This document shows positions 61,182 to 64,000 of a stretch of 64,000 bases of DNA, piece after piece; position 1 is the first letter of the stretch, and each line of letters starts with the position of its first letter. Below the pieces are notes generated by a model. That model was not told the origin of the DNA. It ran no database searches and saw only the letters and a list, made by a program, of their open reading frames with translations. The translations under genes and the position numbers were made by a program. Origin of the DNA: Eledone cirrhosa (taxonomy: Eukaryota); assembly GCA_964016885.1 (NCBI GenBank), contig OZ024761.1, positions 17,918,001 to 17,982,000 of the forward strand, given 5' to 3'.

Positions 61182-63256
61182 TAGGGTGGGTAAAATTCCT
61201 GAGATCCATGGACGAGTTCTCTCCAGCGGTCTCTGTCCATCATCATCATCACCCCTATATCCTGCATCTCCCAGTGACTGTCCTTAGGGCATCGATATAT
61301 GTCAACCTCGATCTCCCTCTTCTAGTGTGTCCGTGTAGGGGCTCCCACAGGACCACTGAGTGCAGTGTCAACTCTGAATGTCAGTGAACATGTCGAGCTA
61401 ACCTCAGTCTCCTATGTGTTGTCACTGTCGAGCTGATTTTTGGGAGGTTCCCGTACAGCTCTGAGTTCTTCATCCTCAGTGTATACTGATTAATGTTCAG
61501 AGCCATCCTCAGCATTCTCATCCACGACAAAAGGCATCTGATCCACCCTGTAAGTTGGTTGTGTTGGTGACACAATGAAAAAGTACCAAGTCCAATGTGT
61601 CAGTTGGTTGTTTTGGTGCCACACTAGCATGAGTTAGACAGTTTGTCACGTTGTGAGATAATTCAGATCAGGTGACTGCGTCTTGCTCATACAGAACTGT
61701 TTTGGGCTTGGTTTCTATGGCTGGATGCCCTTGATAATGCCAACCACATTTACATTGTGTACTGGGTGCTTTTTGTCATGTCACCAACACAACCCACTTT
61801 AGAAGGTGGACTACTTTTTATTGTGTCACCAACACAACCACTTTAGAAGGTGAATTGTGTGCTTTTTGTCGTGTCACCATCACAACTCACTTTAGAGGGT
61901 GGGCTGGGTGCTCTTTGTTGTATTACCAACCCGGTATAGAAGAGGTACACTATCCCTACATGTTGTATTGCTATTTAGGTCAGGTGAAGGATATAAAGTT
62001 TGCACATCATATTTTTTAATTATCATTCTCCATTGTAATTCTATGATAGTTGTAATATTTTTGTACATTTTTAAAACAGAAGGAATTTTGAAAATAAATT
62101 TACTTTATTCCCTACATCGAATATTTTTTGTTGAAACATTGTTACCTTAGAAGTACCAGTAAGTACTACTGTTATATATTGTTACCTTAGAAGTACCAGT
62201 ATCATCATCATCACCGTTTTACGTCTGTTCTTCCACGCTAGCATGGGTTAGACAGGTTGTCCTGTTGTGGGAAGTGTCTGGTCAGCTGACCTTGTCTTGC
62301 TCATACGGGAACTGATTGTGGCTTGATTTCCTAACACCAACCTCATTTACAGTGAGTGCTGGGTGCTTTTTTGCCATGACACCTCCACGACCACCTTGCA
62401 GTGGAATGATAGAGACCCCTGTCCTATCATCTTGTTTCTACAGCTGAGTAAACTGGAGCAATGTGAAATAAAGTGTCTTGCTCAAGGAAACAACACATCA
62501 CCCGGTCTGAGAATTGAAGTCACAACCTTTCAATTGCAAGCCCAATGCTCTAACCACTAAGCCATGCGCCTTCACTACTTCAGTACTACTGTTATATATT
62601 GTTACCTTAGAAGTACCAGTAATTACTACTGTTATACATTGTTACCTTAGAAAATGTTTATCATTGTTGGTGTAGAAGCAATTGCCAACTTGTTTACATT
62701 TTCACATTTGCAGAGATGTTTGCGGTTTAATTTAAGGGCTACTGCAGCACTAGAACTCTACTAGCCAGTAACCCAAACTGACCCTTAACCTTATAAGACA
62801 CAGGGTGACTTTTTGGGAAAAAAGTGCATCTTATAAGCCATCAAATACGGTATATACAGTAATTCTTATTTTCCTGCCTCCGTTTTTTTTACAGGATCAG
62901 AGTTAACAGCCGAAGAAAAGATCGAGAAGTCAGTAAAAAAGAGAGATATCATTCATAACAATACACGATTTAACCTGAACCCTTTTAACTCTGAGAAAAA
63001 CAAGGAGATCTTACAGCAGGTAGCTTCGGAAAAGGCTCATGCGAATTTGGGGAAAATTGGTCATGATGGGAAGGAGGTGCATACTGGATACTCACCAATG
63101 GTGAACGGATATGGGTTTGTGAAGACCCCTTCACCTGTACCTGGGATGGGAGATGAATCACCTTTAATGACATGGGGTGAAATTGAAGGTACACCATTCC
63201 GCTTGGATGGCACTGACAACACACCACTGCCCAAGACACCTGGTCCAACATTCAAG
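56074..63256 (+). CDS. ESS2: Splicing factor ESS2 / DGCR14 homolog, first six coding exons (continues beyond window)
   Basis: Exons 56074-56193, 57584-57746, 58432-58548, 59597-59745, 60578-60698, 62895-63256. Motifs VLDEDTYIEGLQKIIQRDFFPDL, TPDTFETP, TSED/NASF, W.Y.AKNSLMYVPDG, NGYGFVKTPSPVPG..ESPLMTWGEIEGTPFRLDG. Confidence 0.93.
57584..57746 (+). CDS. ESS2: ESS2 coding exon 2
   Basis: GLQKIIQRDFFPDLPKWKAQAEYFDAVENNDLVKLREIQMKY...|GTATGT. Confidence 0.92.
58432..58548 (+). CDS. ESS2: ESS2 coding exon 3
   Basis: NTPDTFETPEG...EKNEEP|GTATGG. Confidence 0.88.
59597..59745 (+). CDS. ESS2: ESS2 coding exon 4 (apparent compensating frameshifts)
   Basis: LDNYLSKHTSED and NASFTEILKETQRKHREKHSWLYEQEE lie in different frames. 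Confidence 0.85.
60578..60698 (+). CDS. ESS2: ESS2 coding exon 5
   Basis: EQEEKIALPSIEKQA...SWQYSAKNSLMYVPD|GTAAGA. Confidence 0.92.
60804..61084 (-). mobile_element. Non-autonomous Helitron
   Basis: Minus strand: A|TCTATAT start, subterminal hairpin CCCGGGCAAAGCTGGG, CTAG|T end. Confidence 0.7.
62895..63256 (+). CDS. ESS2: ESS2 coding exon 6
   Basis: SELTAEEKIE...IHNNTRF...NGYGFVKTPSPVPG...TWGEIEGTPFRLDG...GPTFK|GTATGT. Confidence 0.93.
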
Positions 63257-63280
63257 GTATGTATATGTTACTTTATGTAT

Positions 63281-63333
<53 letters not shown>

Positions 63334-64000
63334 AAAGGTATGACAACCTCTTCTGTGCACATTGTGGAACGTGAGACCATGCATAACCGAGACACAGATC
63401 CCTGGGAGATCAGTAGCACCAATTCAGTACTGACTTGGTCTGTATGGACCTGTCCAACCCTTGCTAGCATGGAAAACAGACGTTAAAACGATATATATAT
63501 ATATACACACACACACATTTACATACTTACACACATGCATATATATATATATATGTGCGTGTGTGTGTGTGTAAATATGTATGTTGCTGACAACAGACTT
63601 CCTGCCAATATGAGACTCACTGTTTGTCAAATAATCTATACACATGTTTGTGTGCATCTTTATGTTTATTATATCATCATTAATGTTTACCTGGTGATGA
63701 TGATAGGTTAGACAATACTGAGGCTTGACTGGTCAGGTGACACTTGCTCATATGTTGTTTTTACTAATGCTAACCACTTTACAGCATATCATCATCATCA
63801 TCATCATCATTTTGCGTCCACTTTTCCCTGCTTGTAAGGGTGGGACGGGAACTGTTTCTGGCTTGATTTCTACAGCAGGATGCCCTTCCTAACACCAACC
63901 TCATTTACAGTGAGTGCTGGGTGCTTTTTTTTCGTGGCGCCTACACATCCATTTTACAGTGTGTGCTGGGTGCTTTTTTGCAGTGGAATGGTAGGGACCC

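Overview
AT-rich, repeat-dense animal genomic DNA. The SINE/LINE complement and giant (TA)n/(TACA)n microsatellites suggest an octopod cephalopod (inference). Genes were reconstructed by hand from GT-AG junctions. (1) A complete ERCC6L/PICH SNF2-family translocase on + with 20 coding exons (16663-40611, about 1608 aa). (2) An unrecognised minus-strand gene for a single-pass membrane protein with a very Cys-rich tail (44871 to about 51910), invisible in the ORF track. (3) The 5' part of splicing factor ESS2/DGCR14 on + (56074 to beyond the window end), whose exon 4 shows an apparent pair of compensating frameshifts. (4) Possibly the first exon of a divergent gene near 2.7 kb. Mobile DNA includes a decayed near-full-length RTE LINE, a Penelope-like GIY-YIG element with an inverted pseudo-LTR, CR1/L2-like and Merlin fragments, tRNA-derived SINEs, MITEs and Helitron-like elements. 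Two type-I hammerhead ribozyme folds were found: one in the Penelope 3' repeat and one in sense orientation in the predicted first intron of ERCC6L. Most long ORFs in the supplied track are microsatellite artefacts.
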